A DNA stretch of 64,000 bases from Schmidtea polychroa (lineage: Eukaryota). Under the pieces are notes generated by a model that worked only from the letters and a program-made list of their open reading frames with translations, did not search any database and was not told the DNA's origin. Position 1 is the stretch's first letter, and every line of letters begins with the position of its first letter. Of this stretch, positions 36,688 to 49,709 are shown piece after piece. The DNA is taken from assembly GCA_044892525.1 (NCBI GenBank), contig CM097885.1, forward strand, positions 21,268,001 to 21,332,000, given 5' to 3'. Both the position numbers and the translations under genes were made by a program.

Positions 36688-36981
36688 TAATTAAACATAC
36701 AAACACAGCACACATAATGAAAAATACATGCAAATTTAATGTAGTGTTTTCAAATTAACATTGATTAACATTTAATTAACATATTAATATTTTCAAATTA
36801 TTTCAAACGTTATGCACAAAAAACGTTTGATAATTAAATAATTAAACATACAAACACAGCACACATAATGAAAAAAACATGCAAATTTAATGTAGTGTTT
36901 TTAAATTAACATTGATTAACATTTAATTAACATATTAATATTTTCAAATTATTTCAAACGTTATGCACAAAAAACGTTTGA
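36688..36981. repeat. Tandem duplication of ~145-150 bp
   Basis: ATAATTAAACATACAAACACAGCACAC...GCACAAAAAACGTTTGA twice (36688-36831, 36838-36981). Confidence 0.92.
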
Positions 36982-39654
36982 TTCAGAATCTGACTTCTCT
37001 ACCTTGAGCTTCAGAGAAAAAGAAGAAAATACATCGTAAGATTTAATTATAAAATAATTTAGAATATAAACTTTGTTTAGATTTATAGATATTTCTCACA
37101 CACAATTTCAATAATTTACAAATATAAGAAGTATGCAGAAATTCAAAAAAATAAATGTGTTTGGTGATTACTTTATTTATTTATAATTATAAAGATATAT
37201 AACTTACATTTTAACGAAATAATTCCAGATAAATGCATAAAGTATCATAAATTCCTAAAAAAACACCTGAAATTTAATTATCAATGTTATATTATAAATG
37301 ATGACTAACAGTAATATTTAAAAACTTGAATAATAATCTCATAATTATATAAAATCAAAATTCAAGTCTTAAAAGTTACCTAAAATTAAAATTAAAAAAT
37401 GAAATTAAGTTAACATTGTCATATAAATGGTGACTCACCTCAACTGGTGTGCACATCAACGTATATTATAGACAATTTTAACTTTCGGAATTAGGTGTAG
37501 AGGTTAAGCACATACCAATCAAAATCATGCATTGATATTGCATCTTTATTGCATATGAGTAATATTAAAACTGTAAATTTCATTACATCATTAAATAATA
37601 ACTTCTATTACAGTATTTTAAACTATATTGAATCACTAATTATTGCAAAATAATAAATTATTTCAGTTAATGGTTACAAAATTAATAAAAATATTACAAT
37701 AAATCAAACCAACATAACGAAACCCTTCAATAAATTACAATAATGTTATAAAGTATTCATTAAGTTGCAATAAAGTGGGAAATTATTTCGGTAAATGGCA
37801 GCATGAAACTTTTCATTTATGAAACCTTTCATTAAATTACAACAAAGTATTAACATTTTTCATCAAATTGCAACAAAGTAATAACATATTTTGGAAAGAT
37901 TTCAACAGTTGTAAAATATTTAAACAATTTGTAACAAGATTATAAAAATATTGCAGCAAAGTAAATAACATACCGATGACTAGTTAACTATATGTGTTAG
38001 CACTGTATGCAAAACTGTTCATATTTTTATTATAGTATTTTTTAGTTGGTTTATGTGAGAATTTTATATTAGGGTATTAAATATTTATATCAATTCGAAT
38101 TTCTGTTTGTCACGGTAAATATTATTTAATAAAATTTCTCTCGGTCTTATAAACTTAAAAATAAACTATTATTGAAAATAATAAATCTTTTTGATAAATA
38201 TATTATTTTTTAAGTTTGTTCATTTCTCAAATATGTTTCTCAATATTCTATAAATTGATAATATGTTAATGCACTACTAAAACCTACTAATTTCTGCAGT
38301 TAATTCATAATTAATTTGAATAACCTGTTAATTTAGAATTCTAAAATTTAATAAAACTTTGATTTTTATAGCTTAAATATTATTTTAAAAATCCTAGTTT
38401 TAAAAAAAAATTTGTAAGTTTTATTTTAATCTATTTTAAAGAATTAAGATTTCTAGTTATAATAAATGAAATTTTTATAATTTTTGAAAATAATGAATGG
38501 TAAATTAGAATAATTGTCAACTCAAACAATATATAGATAGAATTTAAAACTCTACAAAATGACATCATTATTTATTCATACTCAAAACACCTAAACCAAT
38601 GCCTTTTTCAGGCAAATTTTACATACACATTTAAAAAATATAAATTATTAATCTATACTTAAGAAAACCTATTCTCATATTAAAACTAAACATTTATCAA
38701 AATCCTGAGAAATTCGATCGTTATCTCTATCTATTGGTGATATGAACTACCCTATAGAAATTTGTCAACAATGAAGGGTAAAATTTTAAGGAATTATATG
38801 TCAATTTTGAGTAAATAAAAAATACATTTTGAGCTTAAATCATATATATATATATATATATATGTTTTGCACTGAAAATATGCGTTTTATTAGGGGTAGT
38901 AAATAATTTTAAAATAAAAATTTAATTATCACATGTAAATCCCCCATACTATTTTTATAATTATTTAAACGATAAAAATCAAGACAAGAGAGGACAAGGC
39001 AAAGTTTATGCATTTAGTATTGTCAGGCCTAATGAGCAGTGACCAAATATCTGTGCCTGAAAGACACGGTGGATATTTGTTCGCGTCCATAAGGGTCGTC
39101 TGTGCCTCCCCAAGTAGGGTCAGAAGAACCTGTTCATCATTAGTTCTCCGTACGGAACAATATACCTAGCATGTCTGGGTAGTCAACTACCATCATATTC
39201 GAAACGTATAAAAAATACATTTCAAAATACATGCGTCATTGGCACTATAACCAAGTTAATTAATTCAATGACAAGAAGTTACAGAGGCCTCGCACTAGTT
39301 GGTTTACAACCGCCCACCACGACGATCAGCTTGTATTATTAATTAAGGGATAAAGAGGACCCACCCAACCCTATTATATTTAATTTACAAAATAATATCC
39401 AATGGTTTCTCACTCTTCTGGATTTTTCGGTAATCTATCATTATTTTCTCAAAATGTAGTAATCTCTCCATCGGGCCATTTGATCATGATTTCATGGAAT
39501 AAATCTTGCATAATTGGACGTATTTCTTTGTTTGGTGACATCATGACTTGTGTTTGTTACTTAGGGCTGTGTCATTTTTACATTTTAAATACGTTAGGGG
39601 TGATTTAGATATTCACTTGACTCTTTCCTAAGCACCTCCATGACTATTGCACTT

Positions 39655-39750
39655 TAAAACATTTGTGTACCCATGGCGACGACCATGTTAGTACTGTACA
39701 CAAAGGTGAAAAAACAATGAGCAGGTGAGCTCTATTATCAAAACTACTCC
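39655..39750 (+). ncRNA. Conserved structured motif, copy I
   Basis: TTTGTGTAC-C-CATGG-cgacga-CCATG-TTAGTACT-GTACACAAA (39662-39704), then ATGAGCAGGTGAGC..AACTACTCC as in copy E. Confidence 0.55.
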
Positions 39751-40199
39751 CAATTGTATTTTCTTTTTTCTTACGCCATTAGTCATTTTCTATTTCTACT
39801 TTCCACTTTTCTATTTTATTCATCTATGGTCCTCATTTCTGGATGTTTTCTATTGTTCCTTTTCAAAATTTTGTGCAGGGATGCGCCCATATTCTCTTTC
39901 GCAATTTTCGCCATTTAACTTATCTTTTATTTCTAAATCGGCGGTTACCCTTTACTCGGTTCTACTCTGGAACCAAAAAAATTATCTTTACCCGGTTTCG
40001 CTTTTAAAACCAAAAAAATATTATTCCAACCTTGTGGAACTTTCTTTACCTTTTTTTATTTATTTATTTTCCTCCTTTGTGTTACTTGTTTACTTTCATT
40101 TATCCTTTATTTTCATTATCTCATCTAATTCATTTTATTCTCCTGTTTTCTCTGATTGGCTAGCACTTCTCACAACTCAGTCTTAACATGACCGGCTGG

Positions 40200-40876
40200 C
40201 ACTTTTCAACACCACCATTTTCTTCACCATTAAAATCAATCACTTGTCCATTTTCATCAACAATTTTAAAATTAATATTACATATATTTTTTCTACACAA
40301 GGGTAAATAATTTGGAGGATTCATTCTTTCGATTATTTTGTATAAAATGTTTGTTTGTTTTCCATTATGATATGATCCCGTTATACAATTACACTCTATA
40401 TTTATTGAATTTGTATTTGTTATTTTTATAATATTTTTGGATTTTATAATTGCAATATTTGGAATGACACTATATTCTTTGGATTCAAAACTCAAAATAG
40501 TATGAAAGAAACTAGAATTATCAAAACTAAGTGTAATATTTTTTATTGTCAAGATACATTTTGATGTTTGTACATCTGCTTTTATTTCTACATTTCCACT
40601 TGTTTCTTTTAAAATTATTTTATTTAAATCTATTACTTCATATGACCCTGGTTCAATTGTTATAATTTTTTTTTGTCATATTTCATTAGTTGTAGTAAAA
40701 TTATTATTAATATTTATATTGAAAACAATGTTGTAACAACTAAACCATAATAATCCTAATTCATAATTTAAATTCTGATTTAAGTTTATGGAGTCTTCAA
40801 AATTTATTATAAAATCAGATTCGGTAGAATTAATTAATAGGGTTCTTGAATATTTATCAGACATTATATTTTCCAT
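40200..40876 (-). pseudogene. Polinton minor capsid (penton) protein
   Basis: SDFIINFEDSINLN..YELGL; ITIEPGSYEV; SINIECNCITGSYHNGKQTNILY; IVDENGQVIDFNGE; frameshifted. Confidence 0.85.
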
Positions 40877-40973
40877 TTTTTTTAAACTTTCTTCAATTTT
40901 TATAGATCTTAATATCTAAACAGAATTTTAATATCAAAACAAATCAAAATAATATTTTTAAATCATTATATAT

Positions 40974-43825
40974 TAGGGTGGAGTGAAAATTTTTTTTTCT
41001 TAATATCTTGTTTGGATAGCTATAAAAACTTGGTAACACATGCAATTAGTAATGTGGCAAACAATTAGACAATTTAAAGCATATCTTGAGGTTCCACAAT
41101 TGACCTAAAGTATAGGCATATTTCGATAAAAAAGCAATAATCTTTAAAAAAAACATTTTTTTATAAGTAACATATTTATGTTATGGTTTAACTTTTTAAC
41201 AGTCTGTACATAACATTACAAGTAATAAGAACCATATCTGTGAAGGGAAACCACATGCAAACTGTCTAACATGTTTTTATAGCTACAAATGATGTTGGGC
41301 TTTGGTGTCCATTTTTGGCATTTTCAATCTCGATTCCAAGCGTGCTCTAATGAATCCGTCGCGTTTTTCTGGACCACACACCATTTCGGATGCTTCTGTC
41401 ACTAGCTTGAAATGTCTCTCTACTGCCTGGGTGTGACAAGGATAGCGGGCGAAATCCAGTCTTGGCGTTTCTTCTTCCCGGATCATGGTTAACAAAGTAT
41501 CTTCGTCAATGTCCACTACGATTGGAGGCTCTGTGATCGGAGTTTTCTACCAATCGATCATGTCTATGTAGCTAGTAGCTTCAAAGTTGATTACTGGCAC
41601 GCAGAAAGATCTAACTGAAGTCGTACGTTTCTGCTTTCTGGATTTCAGTATGCGTCGCAGAGCTAACTCGCGTATATCTGATCTTTCATCGGTAAGCATC
41701 GCAAGCAACAGATTTTCTGGATGACTAAAGAATGCGTTGCGTTGAATTACCGGGTCAACAACTTTCTTCAGCTCGTCTGTGAGGTAGCGTGATTTCAGTA
41801 TCGTACTGTGGACATGTCGAGCGCCGTCTTTACACGAAGGAGTATTCTTTATTTCAAACCATGCAGGTGCATAAACTGTTACGATGAAGGTAGCAAGCGT
41901 CTTTAGTTCATCCGACGGGCTTCTTGTGGCAACATACAGACGTAGTATGCGATTAGCCGTGGTTAACCATCTCGAATGGTTGATAAGACCAGGATTGCGA
42001 AGTGAATGGTCGACAGGACAAATACCAACACTTACAGCAGTACACAAATCGAACAGGTATTTCTGATCTGTACTTAAATCGTCGGAATTTGCACTTGACG
42101 GTAGAACACAGTTTATCGGCATGTAGTCAACGATGGGAAGCTTCTCACAATTCAACAATGACTTTCCAATGGGACCAGAAAATCCTTTTGGACCATTGGT
42201 AGGTCCATCGAGATACTGAAACAAATGTCTTAACGGTAATTCGTTTGCATGCAACTGACATACGAACCACTGTAGCGGTCTGTGTAACGTCACTTCAAGT
42301 AATCGAATGATGCCTCCTCGAATGCCCGTATTAGTGGCTGTCCCATCACAACCTATTGCTTTTATGCCACTCGTGTCAACATTTCTTTTATTCAAATATG
42401 CAATCAACTCAGCCGTGATAACTTTGCTTGACCCTGCAGTTGGTGTAATGTGACCGAAATATGTAGCTCCTGGTTCGGCTATAATCGATATATGTTCTTC
42501 AGTTATTATTTTCCGATGAAATTTACCATCGCATTCTTTAATTTGGGTCATTGTATTGTCTTTTCTGCCGTCAAAATATAACCCAGTGATTGTGTTACTG
42601 ACTTCGGCACATAATGCGCCACGCTTATTACAACGTTCTCGACGCACTTTACTTCTGTCAATCACTTTAGAAACATCATGTTCGTGGATTATTCCAACAT
42701 CTTGAAGAACAGCACTGGCGATTCCTGCTGCCGCCCTGTCGGATACGCCATGTCGATCACACGCTAAAGCCAACGACGGTAGCTTAACTCTCATCTGCTT
42801 GTCATTCAATTTTCGCTGTTGTTTAATTTGGCTTACACAATCGTCATCAGAGTCATCATCGCCGGTATCCATTTCCTCTTCCATTCCAGAAATCTCGTCA
42901 CAGACATCCGACTGTTTATCACCGATGTCATCAATGGCAGATTTGGTACACATCTGCCTCTGTGTCGACTCTTTACGGATATACCGCTTTTGTAATATAC
43001 TGGATTCAAACTCATCAACTCCAGCTATGATCATACAGCGTGAACCCCGCTGATCTTCTAGAAAGTCACGTTCAATTGTGGGTATCTTTCTTGACTTCTC
43101 ACAGTGACACTGAGACATACAAGAGCACTTGCAGGAGCAAATGTCAAAGAGTTTAATCGATTCATCTTTAAACTGCGATATTTTCTCTCTGTATGGTTCT
43201 GAGTCCTTCCTAGATTTATACGGCTTCAGCAATTTCATGAACGTCTCCTGGTACACGTTCAACATTTCATGAACACGGCGGTGGCTTACATGTGGTATGG
43301 AAGCTTTGTCCCATATTTGTTCTACTTTCATTGACACTGTTTCTGCCACGTTGCGATGTGAAGGATCTTTATTGTTCAATTCGCATTTCAGTCTCTGCTT
43401 TGTCAGGTTGTAGAATTTCATAACATCTGCATAAGTCGGTAGTTGATTGTCGGGCATCTCGGATGGACCACCAAAGATGACACAAGACACTTTCTTTCTG
43501 GTTACAGCCATTGCAACTCTAAAAAGGAAAACCAGAGGCATTTAAAATCCATAGTGTATGGGTGGCAAATATTTTGCTATTAAAAGTAATGAAAATATTA
43601 TTTAAATGCCATCAATGACTTCAATAATATGTCAATAATAGCAAATACATTATCGTTTTCTTATCAATGGTTACATTTTAAAGTTGGTTGTGGAACCTCA
43701 AGACATTATTTAAATTATTGTTTTTCTTTACAGAGTACTTCATTGGACCTCATAGCAAGTTTTTATAACTATCCAAAGTCTACTAAGTCAAAAAATTTTT
43801 TTTCGGTCATTTTCACTCCACCGTA
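40974..43825 (-). mobile_element. hATm-type hAT transposon, near intact
   Basis: Termini TAGGGTGGAGTGAAAAT / ATTTTCACTCCACCGTA with ~130-bp imperfect TIRs; perfect 8-bp TSD TTATATAT (40966-73, 43826-33). Confidence 0.92.
41283..43541 (-). pseudogene. hATm transposase, one in-frame TAG at 41547
   Basis: GLYFDGRKD, EEHIS, IGCDGTATNTG, LQWFVCQLHANELPLRHL, HSRWLTTANR, YPCHTQAVER; 664 aa + 77 aa in the same frame. Confidence 0.88.
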
Positions 43826-43833
43826 TTATATAT

Positions 43834-44244
43834 TTCTTGGATTATATTTATAAAATTCTATTTGATATTTTCTTTTTCTTGTTTGTCGAGATTATCTAAT
43901 TTGTTCAAAACATATAAACACAAAATTCCACATATTTTAGTATTATCGGGTTGTACTTGTCGAGTATTATAAATATATTCTTGTCCCAAATATTCCTCAA
44001 CTTCTTTTGTTGGTTTAATTCCATAAGAATCAAAATATATAATTTTATTATAAACCCCAACCCAATGAGATCCTTTTTCATTAGAGTTTTGATAATTGAT
44101 AATTATATTATTTTTCTTGGTTTTACCAATCTTGTGCAATTCATCATTCATTAACATTTTAATTGGTAAATTTAAATAATTTGCATAGTCTTTTAAATCA
44201 GAATTTGTTTTTGTATCAATTCCAAATGTTTTTAAAAAGTCCAA
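43834..44244 (-). pseudogene. Adenain-like cysteine maturation protease
   Basis: IINY....KGSHWV (His), YFDSYG (Asp), QVQ....ICGILC (Gln/Cys). Confidence 0.9.
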
Positions 44245-44329
44245 TATTCAATACTTTGTCATTTTGTTTTAAAAATTTTGGAAAAATTTTAAAAACTTAA
44301 AGTGTATATTTATTAAATATAATTATTTA

Positions 44330-45200
44330 TTAATGAGTATATTTATTAAATATATCTTGTGAAATTATTCCATGTTTTAATAATTTTTTAGACATGTTTA
44401 AAATATCGCCATTCAAATTATTATGACCTGCTTTCTATGCTGCTAATAATTTTCTTGGTTGAATAAAAAGATTAATAAAATCCTTTCCCCCTATTCCCTT
44501 TCCTTCTTTAACAATATAGCCCTTTTCATTTTGATTTATATAATTCTTTAAAGTCTGTATATGTTTTGCATTTCATCTACCCCCTATTAATTTTATTAAA
44601 TGCAAATATTTTTTAATTTCATTTTTATTATCTGAAGAATATCCTTTAATTAAATTATCCAAATCTTGTGTGTATTCTATATTTATACGTTGACTGTTGA
44701 AACTATTTTCATAACGAATATATGGTTCAGCATTATTATCATACAATAGAAATTTTTGTTTATTAATTATTATAATTTGAAATCCATTCTCAATAGAAAA
44801 AGTTGGTTTAATTGTTTCTGCAGTCAAATTTTTATTAGGTTCTGTGTTGTCAATAATATATGGTTTCATATCTCGATTAATTTCTATTGGACTAATAGCT
44901 TGTTCATCTTCAAATGGTTCAATTGATTCAATTGGTTCCATATCCCAAAATTCTAAATCTTTAGGTGATTCTAATTATTTGGGTTTTAAATATCTGGGTT
45001 CTAATTCTCTTTTGGGTGGTTGGATAAAGAGGGTTTCAATTCTTTCAAAGCTTTAAGAGTTGGTTGTTGTTCCATCATTAATTCATTTAAAATTATGGAT
45101 TCAGTATGTTGACTTAAATCTTTTTTGTTATACTTGTCTTGTTCAATATGTAATTTTTTAACAAGGCCAATCTTTCTTCATTAACCATTTTTTATACCAT
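44330..45200 (-). pseudogene. Polinton conserved protein of unknown function (C-terminal LLAA.KAGHNN...L...GII motif)
   Basis: ORF 44573..44941 plus flanking frames; the C-terminal motif resembles the AGN(N/T) motif recurrent in Polinton ORFs. Confidence 0.5.
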
Positions 45201-45430
45201 TTTATGGTATATGTTCCATTATTAGTAAAGAAGCTTTACTAATAAAGTTCTTTCCAAGGTTTCAAATATAAACCTTTACCATCTTTTGATTTACAAATAC
45301 AACCATTTTTCAAATATTGAACCTGACAAGTAGATTTTTGATGTGTTGGAAAAAAAATACAATTATATTTATTTGGATAGAGAAAAAGATGAGTTAAAGA
45401 AAAACTTGTTTTAAACTTGTTTTTAAAATA

Positions 45431-47027
45431 TTAAAAACTTGGTTTCTGTAATTCATTATTGTAAAATCTACCTAATATTTCTTCATTATTTTCATCGATG
45501 ATACCATATGTCATTGGAATTGTATGATGTATTTTATTTATAATAAAAATTTCATTTATCCATTTCGTTGTGAATCCTTTTTCAAATTTATTTTTATATT
45601 TAAATATTCTTACTCTATCACCAATTTTAAACTTTGGTTTTTCTATTCTTGTTTTAGAGCCAAAACTTGTTTTGGTTCTAAAACGGGGTTTGTGGAAGCA
45701 TTTAAAGGTGTTTCTTTAATTGAGCTATGTACATCATTATTATATTCATTTACCATCTTGCAATAATTCATTGTTCCATTTTTGTTTACCAATAGCAGTA
45801 AAATATTTCCACATTTTATTTTTTAACGTTCTATTTAATCTTTTAACTACGACTGCTTTTCTTTCATTTTCTGTTGAATATAATTTAATATCATTTTCTT
45901 GCAAATATTTTGTAAAAACTTTGTTATAAAATTCTGTTCCTTTATCACACCATAAATATTTTGGAATTCTTTGATGTTCTTCAAATACATTTTCAAATGC
46001 TTATGTAATAGAGTATCCTGTTTTATTTTCTAAACATCTTGCAAAAGCAAATCTTGTATATAAATCTATTACAGTTAAAATTATTTTATATTTTTCAGGG
46101 TCTGATGATTTGGTTAGCATAAAGACTAAATCTGCAGAACAAGTATGATCTTTTTCATAAACTTGAACTTTTAGATATTTTTTATTTTTTCTAAATTCAT
46201 GGTGTAATTCGTTAGCATATTTTATTTGTGATTCTGTTGGGATTAATAAACTTTTATTAGCAAAACTTGTTTTGCTAATAAAAGAATCAGTCTTGGATGC
46301 ATTCTCGAGGTGTTTTTCAGTGTCTACTTGTTCAATAATCTTTTTATTAGCAACATCTTTTGCCATTCTTGGTACTCCTGCACCTATGAGAATCATAAGT
46401 ATAGGAGGTAGACAAGCACCCATGAAGATCTTACCCTTCATTACTAATTTAACTAGAGCTCTTTGAATCTTTTCTTGGGTTGATGGATTTTGTATATTAT
46501 TTAAATCATGTATTAAATTAACATCAGCAACATGTCTATCTTTAAGAATTTTTGAATTGTAAGCAATGTCATGTTTTAAAGTTGCTTGGTCAATTCTATT
46601 TATTGGTTCCACTCCTTGTTTGGGATTATTATTTTCATCAAGTCTAATATCTAATCGTGTTCCAGGTCCAGTATAGTTGTGTTTAAATAAATGTCTTTCA
46701 CCTGGATATTTTTCAGTAGTAAAGGGTTTCAATAATGCTGACGTTAATTTTGAAAATTGTAAATCACCACCAATTTGTTGTTTCTCTAAAGCAAATCTAC
46801 TTGAAGGATTAAAATCTAACCATGGAATATTATTTTTTGAAGATGAAATTATTTCATCTTCAAAATTATTTGATGGAATATTATTATTATTTGATTGAGT
46901 TAAATTCTCTCTCTAAAGCAAGTTTAGATCGAGAGAGGTGTTTTTTAGTTTTAAGATGACTCGCTTTATGGTGTGTTGTAACATCACAATGACAAATTTC
47001 ACATGTCCAATAGCGTTTAGTAGTCAT
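45431..47027 (-). pseudogene. C2H2 Zn finger - parvovirus-like phospholipase A2 (PLA2X) - retroviral-type integrase fusion
   Basis: CEICHCDV..HLKTKKH; HNYTGPGT..PINRIDQATLKHDIAY..RHVAD; SADLVFM..LTVIDLYTRFAF..PKYLWCDKGTEFYN..VVKRLNRTLK..FKIGDRVRI..FYNNELQK. Confidence 0.85.
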
Positions 47028-47096
47028 TTTTAAAAAGTTAAAATTTAATTATAATAATTTTCTTTTATTACTAAAACATGCCTTAGTAATAAAAGT

Positions 47097-48378
47097 TAAT
47101 CTCCTCTAACATTCTCAATTATTGAAATCTTTCCACCAAATAACTTTCTATCTTCTTTTCTTCAAGAATTAATGTATATATTTTTGCTTTAAAATTAGAA
47201 TCCTTTGTTATATGAAGAGTAACATCAACATTATTTATAGCCAATCTATCATCTTGATCTGAAACATTTATTCAGAATATAGAATACAAATTTTTGAAAT
47301 CTTCTAAACTTAATTGTGGTTTTATTTTGAAGTCTTGGCATGTTTGAATATAATTTTCATATGGGAATATATTTCGTTGTTTTCTATGTTAAACTCCATT
47401 CTATTTACTGGATAATAACTATTATTCAATTGAATTTGAATTGATTTTAAATTATCATCTCCAATCTTTTGAATAAACAAGTTGGTATTTTTTTGAAAGG
47501 ATCGATCTAATCCTTTGAATCCAATTAAAATATATCTTGGTCGATATGCTAAATTTGCAATCTTTATAGAGTATGTTGAACCCTTTCTCATGTCAAATAC
47601 ACTACAAATTCTATTTAAATAATTAACATTTATAGACTTTTTGGAATTTAATCTTTCAAGGAGTTTAATTTAAGCGTGTGGATTTAATGCCCATTCGGGT
47701 ATGTGTAATTCAATCGTTGTTAATTTTAATTTACCTTTTGTATCTGCAGCTCTATAAAATAATACTTTATCATCTTCTATTCTATTACAAAGTAATTCTA
47801 TGAAAACATTATGGAGTTTACGATTATAGTTTTGAAGAATCCAAATAAATATTTTAATTCAAAATAACCTTCAAATTTTTTAGACTTGTAAAATTTAAGA
47901 AGTTTATTATAACCATAATTTGTATCTAAACCATCTTTGTCTGTATCACCTTTATTTACATCAGAGATCCAACCAGTTGATTCACTATATTCATTTTTAT
48001 AATCACAACATTCAATACAAAATTTAACATTGAAGAATATACACCTGGATATAAAATATTTTCAATTTCTGATGATCCTAATTTTAATCTCATGTTGGAG
48101 AAGAAATTTGAGAAGAAATTATTTTCTGGGATTATATCTTTGTTTGCTTCAATCTCTAATTCAATATTGTAATATAATTTTGCATTACAAATATCTATAG
48201 GGTTTGATATTTGAAGAGATTGAAAAACTATATCACCTGAACGATTTAAATTTGAAATGGAACCAGAGGTTGGACAGATTTTAAGTACATCATTTTTCTT
48301 GATTTCATGAATAAACTGTTTATCATAATCAAGATTTAATTTATTTTTTTCTGAAATCTCAAGATTTATATTGTTCAT
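47097..48378 (-). pseudogene. Polinton major capsid protein (double jelly roll)
   Basis: NLNRSGDIVF..NNFFSNFFSNMRLKLGSSEIENILYPG; RPRYILIGF; LKSIQIQLNNSYYP; FKNLYSIF.INVS; multiple frameshifts. Confidence 0.85.
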
Positions 48379-48549
48379 TTTTATAATAAAATTTTTACAT
48401 TTTTATAATTTTATATTTTTCAATTTTTATATTTGTCTTTTATTGTTAAAACTTGTTTTATCAATAAAAGTTACTATTCATAATGTGACCCTCTAATTTT
48501 TAGAATTTTATAAATATAAAATTTTAAAAAATGACAAAAATCCGAACCC

Positions 48550-49000
48550 TGATAGCGTAGTGGGAATTGACTCAATCAGTAGTAAGAATAGGCAGCGGTT
48601 CAAATCCCAAGTCAAACTATTTTTTTATAAATATTATTTTCATAATATATTCTACTACTTTAAGTTTTTTAAAATATTTAATTTCCTATGTTAAATGGGA
48701 AAAAATAAATTTTAAAAACAAGATTGCTGGCTCAGTGGGAATAGACTGGCACAGTGGTTCAAATCCCAACTGAATTAGTTATTTTACAACATAAAATAAT
48801 ATTAAAAATTTGAAAATAATATTGAAAATAAATATTAAAAAAATATATAGTGTGAGTTTCTTAGGAAATACATCTTGTATATTTTATTTTTTTATTAATT
48901 AATTAATATTTAAACATAAATGTCAAAAAAAATTATTGAAATGGTTGTGGTTGGCGAACCGGGAACTACCGCCACCCATGGGATCGATCCCTACTGCAGT
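48550..49000 (+). promoter_or_regulatory. Three tRNA-like Pol III A/B-box units
   Basis: TAGCGTAGTGG (48553) + GGTTCAAATCC (48597); TGGCTCAGTGG (48728) + GGTTCAAATCC (48756); weaker TGGTTGTGGTTGG (48942) + GGATCGATCCC (48981). Confidence 0.55.
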
Positions 49001-49224
49001 TGACTTATTTGTCTTTGGTTTCCTCTTTCGAATTCATTTGTACTTTCGGTAATGCTGATAATAACACCATTGAGATGCATTACAATTATTGAATTGATTC
49101 TGATGTATGAGTCTGGATAGCTTGTATATTGGAGGAGATTCGATAAACGAAAGAGGTTAAAATTGATAAATAATAAAATGATCCGGATCAAAAAAAACTG
49201 TTGAGAGGAAAAAATAAATACCAC
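48991..49224 (-). pseudogene. Truncated paralogue of the FN3-TM gene
   Basis: STNEFERGNQRQISQLQ vs STNEFERGDNVEFINLQ in 6867..7460. Confidence 0.6.
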
Positions 49225-49516
49225 TGTCCTCTCAGAGCAGTTTTACTATTTCATAAAAAAAGACATCATGATTACAAATAAAAAAAATAATTAATTATTA
49301 ATTTCTTCAATAAATATTCACACAATAACAAATTATATTTTAGTAGATATAGCAGTAATAGCTTAGTGGTAATAGCAATAACCCATTCCGGTCACTTTTT
49401 TTTCAAATTTTTGTAAAGAAATATTGATCAGCATACTTTTAGTACCTGTACAAATTTTTAAGGTAATTAGTCAACGACATTCCTTAGAAATTTTTATATT
49501 TTTCAATTTTCATCTT

Positions 49517-49709
49517 AAAGTGTATATAATGAGAACACCTGCTTACCCTCACCTATTTTAGAAATCACTAGATAAAAAAATCCTTAGAATTCAACAATGT
49601 CAACTTCACCCTACTTCAATGTTAAAAATTATTAAATATAAAATTTGAAAAATTAGTAAATACCTTAGAATGGTGGGGTGAGCCGATGTTCCCATTATAT
49701 AGACTACCT
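49517..49709. mobile_element. Small MITE-like inverted repeat element
   Basis: AGTGTATATAATGAGAACAC..CTTACCCTCACC vs rev. comp. AGTCTATATAATGGGAACATCGGCTCACCCCACC. Confidence 0.5.

Larger units (their letters stand above)
35155..37497. mobile_element. Non-autonomous Tc1/mariner-like element hosting the Merlin insertion
   Basis: ~33-bp imperfect TIR (Y)ACCTAATTCCGAAAGTTAA..TATAAT at both ends, flanked by TA (35153-54, 37498-99); internal repeat of CGAAAGTTAACATA at ~36641. Confidence 0.65.
40200..48378 (-). mobile_element. Decayed Polinton/Maverick (adintovirus-like) morphogenesis and integrase block
   Basis: Co-oriented MCP, ZnF-PLA2X-integrase, small GKGLYLKPW ORF (~45240-45300), AGHNN-motif ORF, adenain and penton; interrupted by hATm. 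Confidence 0.9.

Noticed and set aside
48550..48775. Functional tRNA genes
   Set aside because: A/B boxes are present but no acceptor or anticodon stems could be formed.
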